A stretch of DNA of 64,000 nucleotides from positions 1,250,862-1,314,861 of the forward strand of contig BDGG01000013.1 of NCBI GenBank assembly GCA_001949185.1, in the 5' to 3' direction. Both the position numbers and the translations under genes were made by a program. Positions 51,265-62,521 of the stretch are shown here, piece after piece. This stretch comes from Ramazzottius varieornatus. Lineage: Eukaryota; Animalia; Tardigrada. Every line of letters starts with the position of its first letter. The first letter of the stretch is position 1. Under the pieces are notes generated by a model. That model was not told the DNA's origin, did no database searches, and worked only from the letters and a program-made list of their open reading frames with translations.

Positions 51265-51747
51265 CTAGTGACCGGAAGTGCGATATTCCATCGAGCCGAC
51301 TGCACGTAGCGAGACGAGGTGCTTCCCCTTGCCGAATCCTCCGCTGTTCTGTCCTCCGAACTTCTTTCTAATATATTCCAGCAGAGCGATGGGATAAACC
51401 AGGACAACATTGGGCTGGAACGGGATAACTTGTTCAACATGCTGAAAACAAACAAAACACTTCAGAACAGTTGGAGTCTTTCGTGGTGGCGCAGTGTAGT
51501 AGACAAAGGCTTACGAGTATCTGCTTAGCCATCGCCTGGTAGACGGCGAATCGAGCTTTCCCCTCCGTCATTCCATGAGCAGCTTCATCGATGAAGGGAA
51601 CGAGCGAGGGAGGCAAGTTGAGTCTGGAATTACACAAAAAATTAAGAATGGCGTAACTTCTGCATCCTGATATGACTTCATGTCCGTCAGCGCATTCGCT
51701 CACCCTTCTTTCTGAAAAGCAGCTTCCAGTTCCCTCACGGCTTCCAT
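51265..51747 (-). CDS. Small spliced gene just upstream of the piggyBac transposase; may extend further 5'
   Basis: Exons 51747-51704, 51623-51515, 51441-51265 join in frame with canonical GTRAG/YAG sites: MEAVRELEAAFQKEGLNLPPSLVPFIDEAAHGMTEGKARFAVYQAMAKQILHVEQVIPFQPNVVLVYPIALLEYIRKKFGGQNSGGF... Confidence 0.55.
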
Positions 51748-52975
51748 CCTGTACGCCACAGTATGAGGAGCGCTAATCCCGTCGAAACAGATAATCAAGA
51801 TGACAGTGGTGAATCGAAGAGAAAGAAGTGTAGAACTGCACATGAGCCGGATAATCAAATGAAATTTCAAATTTGGCAAATGTAACCAGGGAGGTACCAC
51901 CGGTGGTGGTGACGCTGGTGTTAGCGGTTACGCGGCGTCGGTACCCCTCGGTGGCTTTTCAGACCTGGATTTTTCTCCTGACCGCACGACTGACCACAAT
52001 ATGTGTCTAATGTTTCATCATGATAAAGTGGGGCCTTGACCATCTCGCTATTTTTTTTCTAGAGAATAGGTTGCACGCGATTCGTGCAAACATACTCACA
52101 ACGAACTACCACCAAATTTGGTGAGGTGAGAACCAAACCCGCCCTGTTTTTCCGTGGGGCGCCTGACCGATGGTCACCTGCAGCATTTTGGTGACCGCAT
52201 CGCGGTGCAAGCAAACAAAAAACTCCCAGACCAAAAGACCAAAAGCGGACAGTAGGAGAGAGAGAATACTGGGTCATTGTACTCACAAAGAGTACGGTCG
52301 TGCTACAAGTGTTAAGGTAGGGTTCGCTTTCAAGTATCTCAATCATCTTAGGACTCAATGCGCAACCTCTAGATGCTGCAGTATCGGTTCTGCGACTAGC
52401 ATGCAATGTTTTAGGTGGCACAAAGAAGCTAAAAAGGGCTATCCAGTGGCGATATCGCTAAGTAAGCATTAATCAATCGATTGAGTAATGGTGATATGTA
52501 CTGCGTAGTGAATTCAACTTTGTCAGAATTCAGAAGTTTAGAACTGTCCATTTTCTGAACAACCTTTCTTTCTTTCATACTACATCTGAGCAGCTCTTCT
52601 CCGTCTGGCTGATCGGCTGCCGTCGTATGAGTGCCGCAGAGGAGCATACAGATGGAAATTCCCTGACTATCCGCCTGAGTTTGTTTTTTTCATGCTGTGC
52701 ACTGTATCTTTCAGCGATTTCGCGTTATCCTCCCCTCCCTTCAGACCTTGACTCTGAATTTGTGACAGCCAGGTTGTCTTCTAAGTTCTAGCTGATATTC
52801 GATTCCATGCAATCTTTCATTTCTGTCTTCTGTTTGTTGTTTGGTGGTGTCAAGAGCAGTGGAAAGCAGTAAAAATCAAAAGCAATAAAAGTCCTCTTTT
52901 TGGTTTTTATTAGGGTTTTGGTCCCAGTGTAAACCGTGAAAAATTCAGAACTTTTTCATGTCCGATAGACATATG

Positions 52976-53711
52976 CAGCCCGTTCAAGCAAACTTGCTAC
53001 CACCTATTTATCCAAGCCGTCCTCCACGGGATAATCGCGCAACTTCATTACCAGATTTCGTCGATCCAGCATCTTATTGGCTATCTCAGGAAAAATTCCT
53101 GACCCGGAATCCGTTTACCAGAAGTTAAAATCGACATTAAAGTAGCGGTCGGGAAACGCCAAAACTGCACCAACTTTTAAAATTTTCGTGGAGGGTGTTT
53201 TCAAAAACATTTTCTTCAGTTTCGGTTTGAAGTTCTGCTGTTTTTTGGTTCAGAGTAAGTAGAACACGGACTGTTCTTTGGGAAAATTGATCGAAAGTAC
53301 CGATGTGCCGTTCAGGTCACGAGCTGGAATTTCTCATAGAGGAGGGGGGTTACCGGCAAAATGGTCGAATCGCGGGGGTTAATTCATTTGCTACGCTTCC
53401 AGGGCTTTCCTGCAGTCTCCCCTAATTTATGTAACAGCCCAAGTATCTGTTCGCTTGTTGAAATCGAATTGGAGGTTTTTACTCACGCCTGGAATTCCAG
53501 AGAGCACGTTTTGTTCGTGATGTCTTCCCCACCGGAAGTCGTATTAACCTATTGTTCGGAACTATCTCTCAACTTAAGTTATCCAACCATAGCTCACCAG
53601 AAGATGCTTGAAAAGTTGTATGATAGTATATAGGCAAGAAAGGAAGAGAAGCATTCTCTATTTTTTATACGTCGAAGTTGCAGGTGGTAGCAAGTCTGCT
53701 TGAACGGGCTG
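52976..53711. mobile_element. Tc1/mariner-like MITE
   Basis: 30-bp TIR cagcccgttcaagca(a/g)acttgctaccacct; right flank TA, left flank TG. Confidence 0.85.
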
Positions 53712-53885
53712 TATTTCCCAGCGGTCGGCGTCAGTGTCGTTAGGTGTCTTTTGGCAGGCCGTTCGAGACATGAAGCTGATTGAAAGCCGTCTGATTATTC
53801 TTTGGGAGGTGTGGTCGAGCGTGGTGCTATTCTGTCTGTCAGTCGGAAAATGGGTTTCGCCTCTTCATGCAATTTGGCTTCTGAA

Positions 53886-54460
53886 TAGAGATGGGATAAG
53901 TGTGATTCACCGAAATTTACCAAAACTAAATCGAACTTGTCGATTTTGTTGTAGAAATTACCGAAACCGGGATTATCGGTGTGAGTCTCCCACCAAAAAA
54001 ACCGATTTCGGTTTGCATTCGCACTAAACCGATACCAAATCGAAATTTTTCGGTAAATTGAAACATACCGAAAGGCCCAGAAAGATGAGAGTTTGACCGA
54101 TTTCTGAGCGATCCCGAGAAAGTTTTCGGCTTACAGACTGTATTTCTGCTAGCTTGATAGACAGCCATCGGGTGGAGGAAAACCTCCCAACATCTCAAGA
54201 CACGCCAAGCGTTGTACGCTTGCGGCTTGCCTCGTTTCGCGCCAGTTTTACCTGGTTTTCCCGTTAATAAGAGAAACTTTTTATTTTTCGGTTTACCGAT
54301 TTTTCGGTTTGATTTAGTGTGATAAATCGAAATTTCGGTGCAACAATTTACCAAATCGAAGATATCGGTGTTGACTTCATACTGAAATTTTCGCTCGGTG
54401 TGAGAGTTTACCAAATCGGAAAATACCACACCGAACTTAATCACACTTATCCCATCTCTA
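53886..54460. mobile_element. hAT-type MITE
   Basis: TIR tagagatgggataagtgtgatt / aatcacacttatcccatctcta; perfect 8-bp TSD cttctgaa; many internal accga/tcggt motifs. Confidence 0.93.
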
Positions 54461-55964
54461 CTTCTGAATATCTCAAAATTTCTATAACTCGAAGCATCGG
54501 ACGAACATTTTTGTTTTTTTCCTTAAATATCCCCATTTAGCCAACGCAAATGTACATGTAAACCTGCTTCAGCTAAGGGGACCCAAATGCTTTCTTAGAC
54601 ACCCATATACGTACAAGTGATCGCCAGGGGCAGGTGTAAATATTTGACATTGACACAAGGCTTCAAAGAGGTTTTTCTGGATGGTTTGCGGTTCGGCGCA
54701 CGCGGCGTAACTACGAAAGTTGGCATCTTCGTTTCTGTTACAATTTTTAGGCATCAATCAATCTGCTACTGAAGAGCTGGCGTGTTTTATCTTGAACCTG
54801 TCGCGTTCCATGTTCTGTAGGTTCGCGAAGTCATAATCTGCTTATTACCGAGTCACCACGGTGGCAGTTCCTTTTTCAATAAAGGTGAATCTGTTTACGT
54901 ACCATTGCGGCCACGAACGTGGAGGCATGGCAAATCAATCCAAACGAAGGCGGGGTTCGGGGCGGTATTGCAATCAAAAGTTCTGATAAACTTCGTTGAG
55001 AGCACTCTCTAAATCACCAATTAGTTCGCTTTCCCATCGTTCCATACAACTTCTTACAGATCTCAGAGTTTACTAATTTATCCCATGCTTATCACGGAAA
55101 TAACAGAAGAGATTACAGAAACTGAAGTCAAGGAACACCTGTTCCGCCTGACACAGCTGACTGAACTGGAAACGTTGATCAAGGCTTCTGACTGCCGTGA
55201 CATCACGTCCTACGGTCAGCGTTGATTGATTGATTCGCCATTTCTCTACGTTCAATGGTAAGCCAGGACCTTTTGTGACCTGTTTGGCTTGGCGGGTTAA
55301 AGAAAAGGGCTGCCGAACTGCATGTGTGGGGTTGTTACCAAATAGACTGTCAGTTGTTTGCTTTTGACGTTACTTTGACCGTACAGGAAACACTCAAAAT
55401 ACCGACGGAAGCACCTTGATTAAATTATAAAATGGTTCTGTCCGATTCATGAAGATCAGGTAGACGTGGCCCTGGACCCTAGGGACCGGTGACCTTTAAC
55501 ACGGGTCTGAGCTTCCACATGTAACATGGTTATTTTGCACAGGTACCTTCGGGTGAATTCAAGTTGGCAACAGCCGATGCCAGAACGCTACGTGTTCGGT
55601 TATGCATACCAAAACGACTGCGCAAACATCCTGTTGAAAGTTTTACTGGAGATCTCTTTTAGCATAGTCCATAGACCGATGTTTTTGCTACATTTTGGCC
55701 GTTTTTTTTCACCTCCCACGTAATGTGTGAACAGGTTCCAAAAATGACCCTTGTTTCCTTGTTCGAACGACCAATCCTTACTGGTTGATTGATTGAAAAA
55801 CGGCTTGTCTGGCACGTGGTCCTAAAGCTGGAGGTGTCTAGTGCATAACAACGTTCAAACTTTTGGAAGCGGGCAATGGGTTCAGGAGATACGAAATTAC
55901 GAACGAACACTATGGGGTGGAGATGACTCATGACAGTGACAGTGGCACCCGGCGACATGAATGA

Positions 55965-57500
55965 ATCAAGACCGGCTTCATTCATTTCCTTTGAGGTAAG
56001 GGCGGTGGTGCCTTTGGTCTTTGCTTACGTGATAATTGTATGGTCCCTTACCGGCAAATGGGCGTTAGCTAATCAAAGACCTCTTAATATCGAAATATAT
56101 ATGCTTCTTCGACACTTTCAAAACATATCGAGACATGACTTCAGTTTCAGGTATGCGCCACTTGAGACAGTAAACATTCTAGACATCACGATTCTCAAGT
56201 GTCACGTCCAATGCTTAAGCCACGAGATAATTTCGGTTTGTTGCAGCCGCCTATGAGGATTTCGTACTGTTTGGTGACGTTCTGGAAGAACGTTTGATTA
56301 ACTCGTCCAGGGTTATCGATCTTAACGACGGTTCGGCTTTCGCAAGACGATACTGGAACAGGAAATTCTGGCTGGACACTGGCCCGATTGAGTTCGACGA
56401 AGTGGGCGATCGGAAGCAGCCGCTGGTCAATCAGCAGTCTTATAGACTAGCACAATATGGCCCACAGAGTTTATGACTTTGGACGCCACCGCTAATGACT
56501 TCGTAGATCGATTTCAGAGAAATGAATGAATGAACGTTTATGAATCAGCGTGCAATAGCGCTGTTGATTCATAATATAGCGGGCTCGAGTCAAGAATCAG
56601 AATCTTAATCTGGAATCTTGTACTGGACAAGGGTGGTACTTCTCTACGTTTACAGCCGAGTTCTAACGTTATTAAAGGTAAAGAAGAACTGAGGGGAAAT
56701 CTGCCAACTTGGGCTCGTTAGACGACACAACCAGATGCAGGTTCCATCGTGGCGACTAGGAACTTACGCCAGCATACAGTACGAGGCCCGCTCACAATAT
56801 TCCATCGTGGTTGTATGTTTTTTTTGTGTCAACGCAGATTCTTGTGATGTTGCGCATCGTGTCTAATGCCTTTTCCACCTCCAGCAAGCCGGCGTGCGGG
56901 TTCCACGGGACCAATGTTACAGTATGTGTTGAAAGAAAGGCAAGAACGTTTTGTCAGGCTACCACCTTCAACTTCATCATTTCCCACTGAAGACGCACAC
57001 TTCACAATCATAACTACAAGGAGAACACAGCGGAGTTGTCAGGCGTGGTGGACCTGTCAGGTCGAACTTTTCGCCTTCCGTTCAATCGAATCTTCTGATT
57101 TTACAGTGATGTAGGATTTAGCTCTGTATCCATCAAACCTAGTTAAAATCAGAAGATTCAGATGAGTGGAACACAAAAGTTCGACCTGACAAGTCCACCT
57201 TGCCTGACAACTCCGCTGTGTTCTCCTCGTAGTATTGGATCATTCATATCTGTATTGGGTGCGTCACAAGCACGCACTCGTGTTAATGTCGACTGTCGGT
57301 CAGGATATGGTAAGGCTTCGAGAAACAACGATCTTTGGCGCAGTTTAAAGCTGTGTAACTTCGGAGTCTGACGCCAACTCTACGGCAGGGCGTAACGGTA
57401 CGTGTTTTCGTTCCAGGCGAAAGTCTACGGGGGCTGCGGGATGGGTTGAAGTCTTTCCAGTACAGGGAGATCAGCTCAAACCACAATCCAAGCGCGGGAG
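55965..57500 (+). pseudogene. NPR-like pseudogene (3' part paralogous to gene A; 5' fragment resembles a gene C intron)
   Basis: YAPLET|, AAYEDFVLFG, DGSAFARRYWNRKFWLDTGPIEFDEVGDRKQP with frameshifts; insertion at ~56510-56840; TM exon broken by a MITE; 55965-56050 matches 60240-60320. Confidence 0.85.
57017..57229. mobile_element. Foldback MITE (TA TSD) inserted in the TM exon of the pseudogene
   Basis: Arms c(a/g)aggagaacacagcggagttgtcaggc...gaatcttctgatttta are long imperfect inverted repeats. Confidence 0.9.
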
Positions 57501-58452
57501 GTCGAGTGATACTCTCGCTTACATCATTCAGCTCAGACGCATCAAGTGATTCTATATTGAAGTGATTTGCTTTTTATGATGCGCTCTCATGATCCGTCTC
57601 ATTTCGCGATTTGGTCTTGTTTTCCAGACAGCATCCGGTACGTTCGTTGGCGAGACACGGTATTTAATTTCCATGGTCGTGTTTGTACGACCACACGACG
57701 CAAGAGTTTTTCGTTCCAGTCCTCGTAGAGAAATTGTCACGCAGATACGTCAAAGGATATTAAAAGAAACCTTGTTCGTTGTCATAATACAGGATAAGCA
57801 TAAACCGGACGACGGGCGCTCGCCGTCTTAGAGCAACGGCTTCGAGAAGGAGGTACTAGAGTTGTCTCGCCCTCGCCACATTTCGTTCAAAGCGCCCCTC
57901 CCCCCCGTCTTTCTAGATATGTGGGCAGAGATAGAGTCTCTTCCCCTGTTGATAATCATGATCATTGGTTGTGTTGCTCGAGCTCGATCGCCTCGTTGAG
58001 AGTCATACAGGTCATGTTGTACGTGGGACACTGGAGCTAGTTTTTGGCTTAGATGTGTCACGTTTTTCCGCAAGTGTATTGTTTCATGTGTTATAGGATC
58101 ACACGTAAGCATACCTACTGACCGCGTTTTCTTTGGATAGTCTGTCATGTGGAAACGCTAGACTTCGGCCGTTTTCTTCTTGACGACGTCACGGCGGTAA
58201 TGGATTTCACTTTGCGGCACAGGAAGCTTGTAACCAAACTCTGATGTTCGACACCAAAGAACATGGCTGACCATCGAATGAGCTGATTTTCTAGATCTGG
58301 ATAAGGATATTGAATGTCAGGGTTCTGCGTGCAGCTCCCTTTTTCCCTATTCACGGTGCCGTTTCCGCACTTTAGCGGTCTTTGTGAACGTTCTGTTACC
58401 GCGCAGTCGTTCTAATGATGAACCGACATCCCGCATTGAACAGTGCCGGTCT

Positions 58453-61400
58453 ATGACTCTGCACTTGCTGGCTGTGGACCATCTTCTTGGCTATCGCGGT
58501 TTTCATGCGAAACAGAACTTCCGGAAACTGGTTGTAATGTTTTCCGTCATCTTGATAATTATGCTGATCAACGCTGAGCAGGCTTACTCTGCGGAGAACT
58601 CGTCCCTAGTTATAGAAATAGTTTCCGTTGGTAATATTAATCCTTCGTCCACGATATCCAGTTTACCGTACACGGCGCCTGCCATGTCTGTCGCTCTGGA
58701 CGAACTCCGAAAGTCCTTTGGCAGTTCCGCACACTTTCACCACTATTTGCTTTATGATGTACGCTACACCACCTGTCCGCAGTTTACTGATGAAGTGGAT
58801 AATCTGCTGGCTAAGTACTACTATACACGAAGAACTCAACCCGCCAACATGACGGTCTTTATCGCAGCAGGTAACGATTACTCTTTCATCACGAGCTGGA
58901 CAAACAAGACGTACAAGATTTCTGTTTCCAGTGGCGCACGTCATCACTGTTGTTGGCTGGAATAGTGCGCCACTAAAGATAGCGATCCTGCACGATACAT
59001 TTAGCCAGTTCGCATACGGTAACTCACTAGCTTCCAGACCACTCATCTTAGTGAACAGTTGCATTCAGGTTGTACCGAGCGCATGAATATGGCAAGGCTT
59101 ATTCGAGGTTGGAATCTCTTTATGATGATCGCGTAAGTTCTTCGTTTCACCGGTCCCGGCTCGGTGAGCAAAACTGGGAGTATCATGTTTTTCAGTGGCA
59201 CCGCAGAATCGGTGTTTCGTGACAAAGTACTGTACCCAAACGTGGCAATTAGCGGCAACAATGCTGTGAAGAGCTACTCGCGCCTTATAAGGCTGTTGCT
59301 GAGCCGATACGGATGGAGCTCGATCTCCCTTGTGCTAGATTCCTCCGCCTCGCCTTTTCATTTGTCTCTCAGCACCAGCATAAGGAGGGAATTGCCCAAG
59401 TTCTTCTCATTGAAGTTTACTCAGATCGATAAAGCTTATCCGGATGACGACTTTCGACTTACATTACGAAACATACAGCTAAGCTCACGAGGTACAGTTT
59501 TCAGTGTTGTAGTCAGCCTCGGGCATAAATTCCGTCCTTGCAAACAATCAAGTACAGCTGGTCCACTGAGATTGGTACTGAAAACTAGCTGTTCTGCTTT
59601 TGTAACTTCGTCAGGCCGAGCGAAGCGAGGCCCTTTTATGTCTGTCGAGATATCAATGGACGATCACATTGTTCGAGCTTTCACATATCATGAACTCTGT
59701 ACTGAAAACAAATGCGTAACTTGATCCGGGCAACAGAATTTTTTTACTCGCAACTGAAACGTAACGCAGTAGAAATGTGTGGCCTATAATCTTTTGCCTC
59801 CTTTGCTCGGCCTTCCTAGTGGTCAGAGCCACTAGCTAGTTTTTATATCAGTTCTCGATATCAGTCTTCAGTTGACTTGTTTTGCTTGATTCACCGTTAA
59901 GTGCGTAAATTATGCCCAGAGTGAATACAACACTGGTACAGTTGGTGAACACCAAAATCGGAAAGAGCCATGACTATAACGGATAACTGGCCGCTTCGTC
60001 CTTCCAGTCGTGATATTTATGGGTTTTGCGAACGAACTTCGGCACTTCATGGTATGTTGTCAAGTATCGCATTTGGTTCTGAATTGCCTACCTCTATGAA
60101 ACATCTTGTGTTGCAAACAGCTTCGTGCCCAGGCCATCAACATGACCAATGGCGACTATGTAAGTTCCTTACAGTCGTAGTTCGAGCCATATCAGGGAGC
60201 AAACTACTTGTATTACTCAAGCACCCGCGACACGAAGGAATCAAAGCCGCCTTCGTTCATTTCCTTTGATGGGGGGTTGTGCCTTTGATCTTTGGTTACG
60301 TAATACTAGTCCGCTCCCTTAGAATACTGCCCCTTTTCCTCAAACAGGTTTATCTGGCAGCTGAACCTTTCCATCACCGTTTTTACGGCAACCTTACGTG
60401 GTGGCACTCCGATTCTCTCAATGAGGTACGCAACTGCGACGTGGATAATGAATCAGATCACGTGTTCACCATCAGCTTTTGATAACAGGACCACGCGCCA
60501 TCTGTGATAGTGACCTGGTTGATTTCATAGACTGGCGTTCCGTGCCACAGTAGCACGTGCCAAAGGGCAAATTTTCGTCGTAAAAAACGTATTCGAGCTT
60601 TAGACCTGACGTCACGACTCAAGTCATCGGCTCCGGTCGCTACAAACGCCTCGTTCTGGTACCTGCATGAAACGCGCCGAAGGGATTCTCACTCAGAAAT
60701 ACCACGGAGTAAGTCTGGCGCAGACAGATTGACACCAGTCGGTTATTTAAGAGCATTTGAGGACTTTCTACAATCCTCGGTCAACAAATATCTGAAACTG
60801 AATGGCTTTCCGTTGGCCAAATATGGTGAAGAGGGTCTGGTATCAATCTACCCGAAAAAGGCTCGCTCCTTCCTATTTTTGAGTGAAACTCTCTTGCTCG
60901 TTTTATGCACGCACCCAAACGAGTCGTTTGTACCGACCGGAGCCGACGACTCGAGTCGTGAGGTCGGTTCCAAAGTGCAAATACCATTCTGATAGGCAAA
61001 TTTTTGTCGACAAAAGTTTGCCTATGGGACGCGCCTGATGTTGCTGCTGTGCCATCTATGTATATCCGGCTGAGGCGATGATTGTCCGGATAATGTTTTT
61101 ACTTCACCAGGAAGCGCTTAGAGCCTACCAATCATTACTTGTCATAACATCGCCTAATGATGACAAAAATCCTGAGCAGTTACGCCTGGAGGAGGAGTTC
61201 AGAAGAAGATCGGCGAAAGATTTTAATTTTACGTATGCGGATGATGAAAAGGTAAGGACGACTACTGCTGATCATACCTTTGCGAGTTCTCGGTGCTGCT
61301 TAAGCCAACTTCGTTGTCACCTTACAGCAAAATCTTTTCGTAACGGCGTGCTACGAAAGCATAGTGCTCTTCGGCATCGTTTTAAAAGAACTCTTGTCAA

Positions 61401-62062
61401 GTTCCGCATCAGCCAATTTAAAAGACGGAGCTTTGACTACTCAGCATTTTCTGAACCGGACTTTTACGCTGGCCACGGGCCCGATCACGTTTGACGAAGT
61501 TGGAGAACGACAACAACCGCTGATCATTCGGCAGTTTCAGGGAAGTTCTGTGTGGCCCTTAACGGTCATGGCGCTGGACGCATGTGCGGAATCATTCAGA
61601 GGTGTCCGAGAAGTTCTTTGGCCAGTGCCTTTTCCGCCACCCAATGAACCTGCGTGTGGATTTTATGGCACAAGGGACCAGTGCCGTGCGAATGGTGGGA
61701 CAGCATTTAGAGAAAACCGTCTGGGGTTGTGCTCGACTTAGCATGAGGCACCGCTCGCACGAAACTCTTTCTCTGTTTGCAGACACTTCGCTCGAGTTTT
61801 CCGTTACCGTTGGGTGTTCAGTGCTGGGCTCTCTGCTAGCTGCAGTGTTCTTAATGAGAATCGTTCAGTGGAAGTATATATACAGTATTTGCCAATGTCA
61901 TAAATCTATAGTAAGCCAAGAAAGAGCTTCTGACCTGTTCGGCTTTGCAGGTTGAAGAAAAGAGCTGCTGAGTTGCACGTGTGGGACCTCTTCCAGATAG
62001 GCTCCAAGTTCCTGTACTCTGAGGTTAGCAAAGCCAAATGGGCAAGCGGCAGAGTACAGTAA
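58453..62062 (+). CDS. NPR-like single-pass receptor (gene C), short tail, no cyclase; start could instead be 58537
   Basis: Same 10-exon layout as gene A; LPYTAPAMSVALD, GCTERM..GWN, FRDKVLYPN, MTNGDYVYLAAE, TGPITFDEVGERQ, PPPNEPACGF; TM FSVTVGCSVLGSLLAAVFLM; tail KLKKRAAELHVWDLFQIG...GRVQ*. Confidence 0.88.
59581..59844. mobile_element. Small foldback element with Helitron/Helentron-like end motifs, intronic
   Basis: Termini aaaactagct / agctagtttt; internal ggccgagcgaagcgaggc inverted against gcctcctttgctcggcc; short hairpin before CTAGT. Confidence 0.45.
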
Positions 62063-62521
62063 AACCTCTGCTACTTTAGATACGTCAGTAGCCGCTTTCT
62101 AGAGCGATTGTCTACGTTACAAGGGTGAGATCGTGCCATTCCGAGAAACGATTCAGTCGAGCTTGCTTATTTTCCCATGTGTGTTTTATTATGTCTCTCG
62201 GCTGGAAACGTGCGCCACTTCAGATCAAGATCTTGTACTGTAGGTTTCCCATTTGGTTGGTCTTTTAGGCTGTACGGAAAGATTAAACATAGGGAGATCT
62301 ATTCGAGGATGGAATCTGTTCAGGATGACGGTTGAGATACCTTTGACGTTTAGAAGACCATTTGTAACCAGGTTATGAGCGGCAACAACGCTATCAGAAG
62401 CGACGTTCATCTTTTCCTGACAGTGTTCCTCCGCTTCGAGTGGTGGTCGATTGACACAATTTTGGATTCATCATTCATCAACCACGCCTTTCATAATTAA
62501 GTCCTAGTTACATAGGTAATT

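Noticed and set aside
48430-53400. TTAA-flanked termini for the piggyBac element
   Set aside because: Candidate TTAA sites (~48440, ~48727, ~48901, ~53379) have no convincing matching TIRs.
60546-61051. cacagtagca...tgctgctgtg as a TIR element in a gene C intron
   Set aside because: Only ~10 bp of imperfect match and no TSD; plausible but unsupported.
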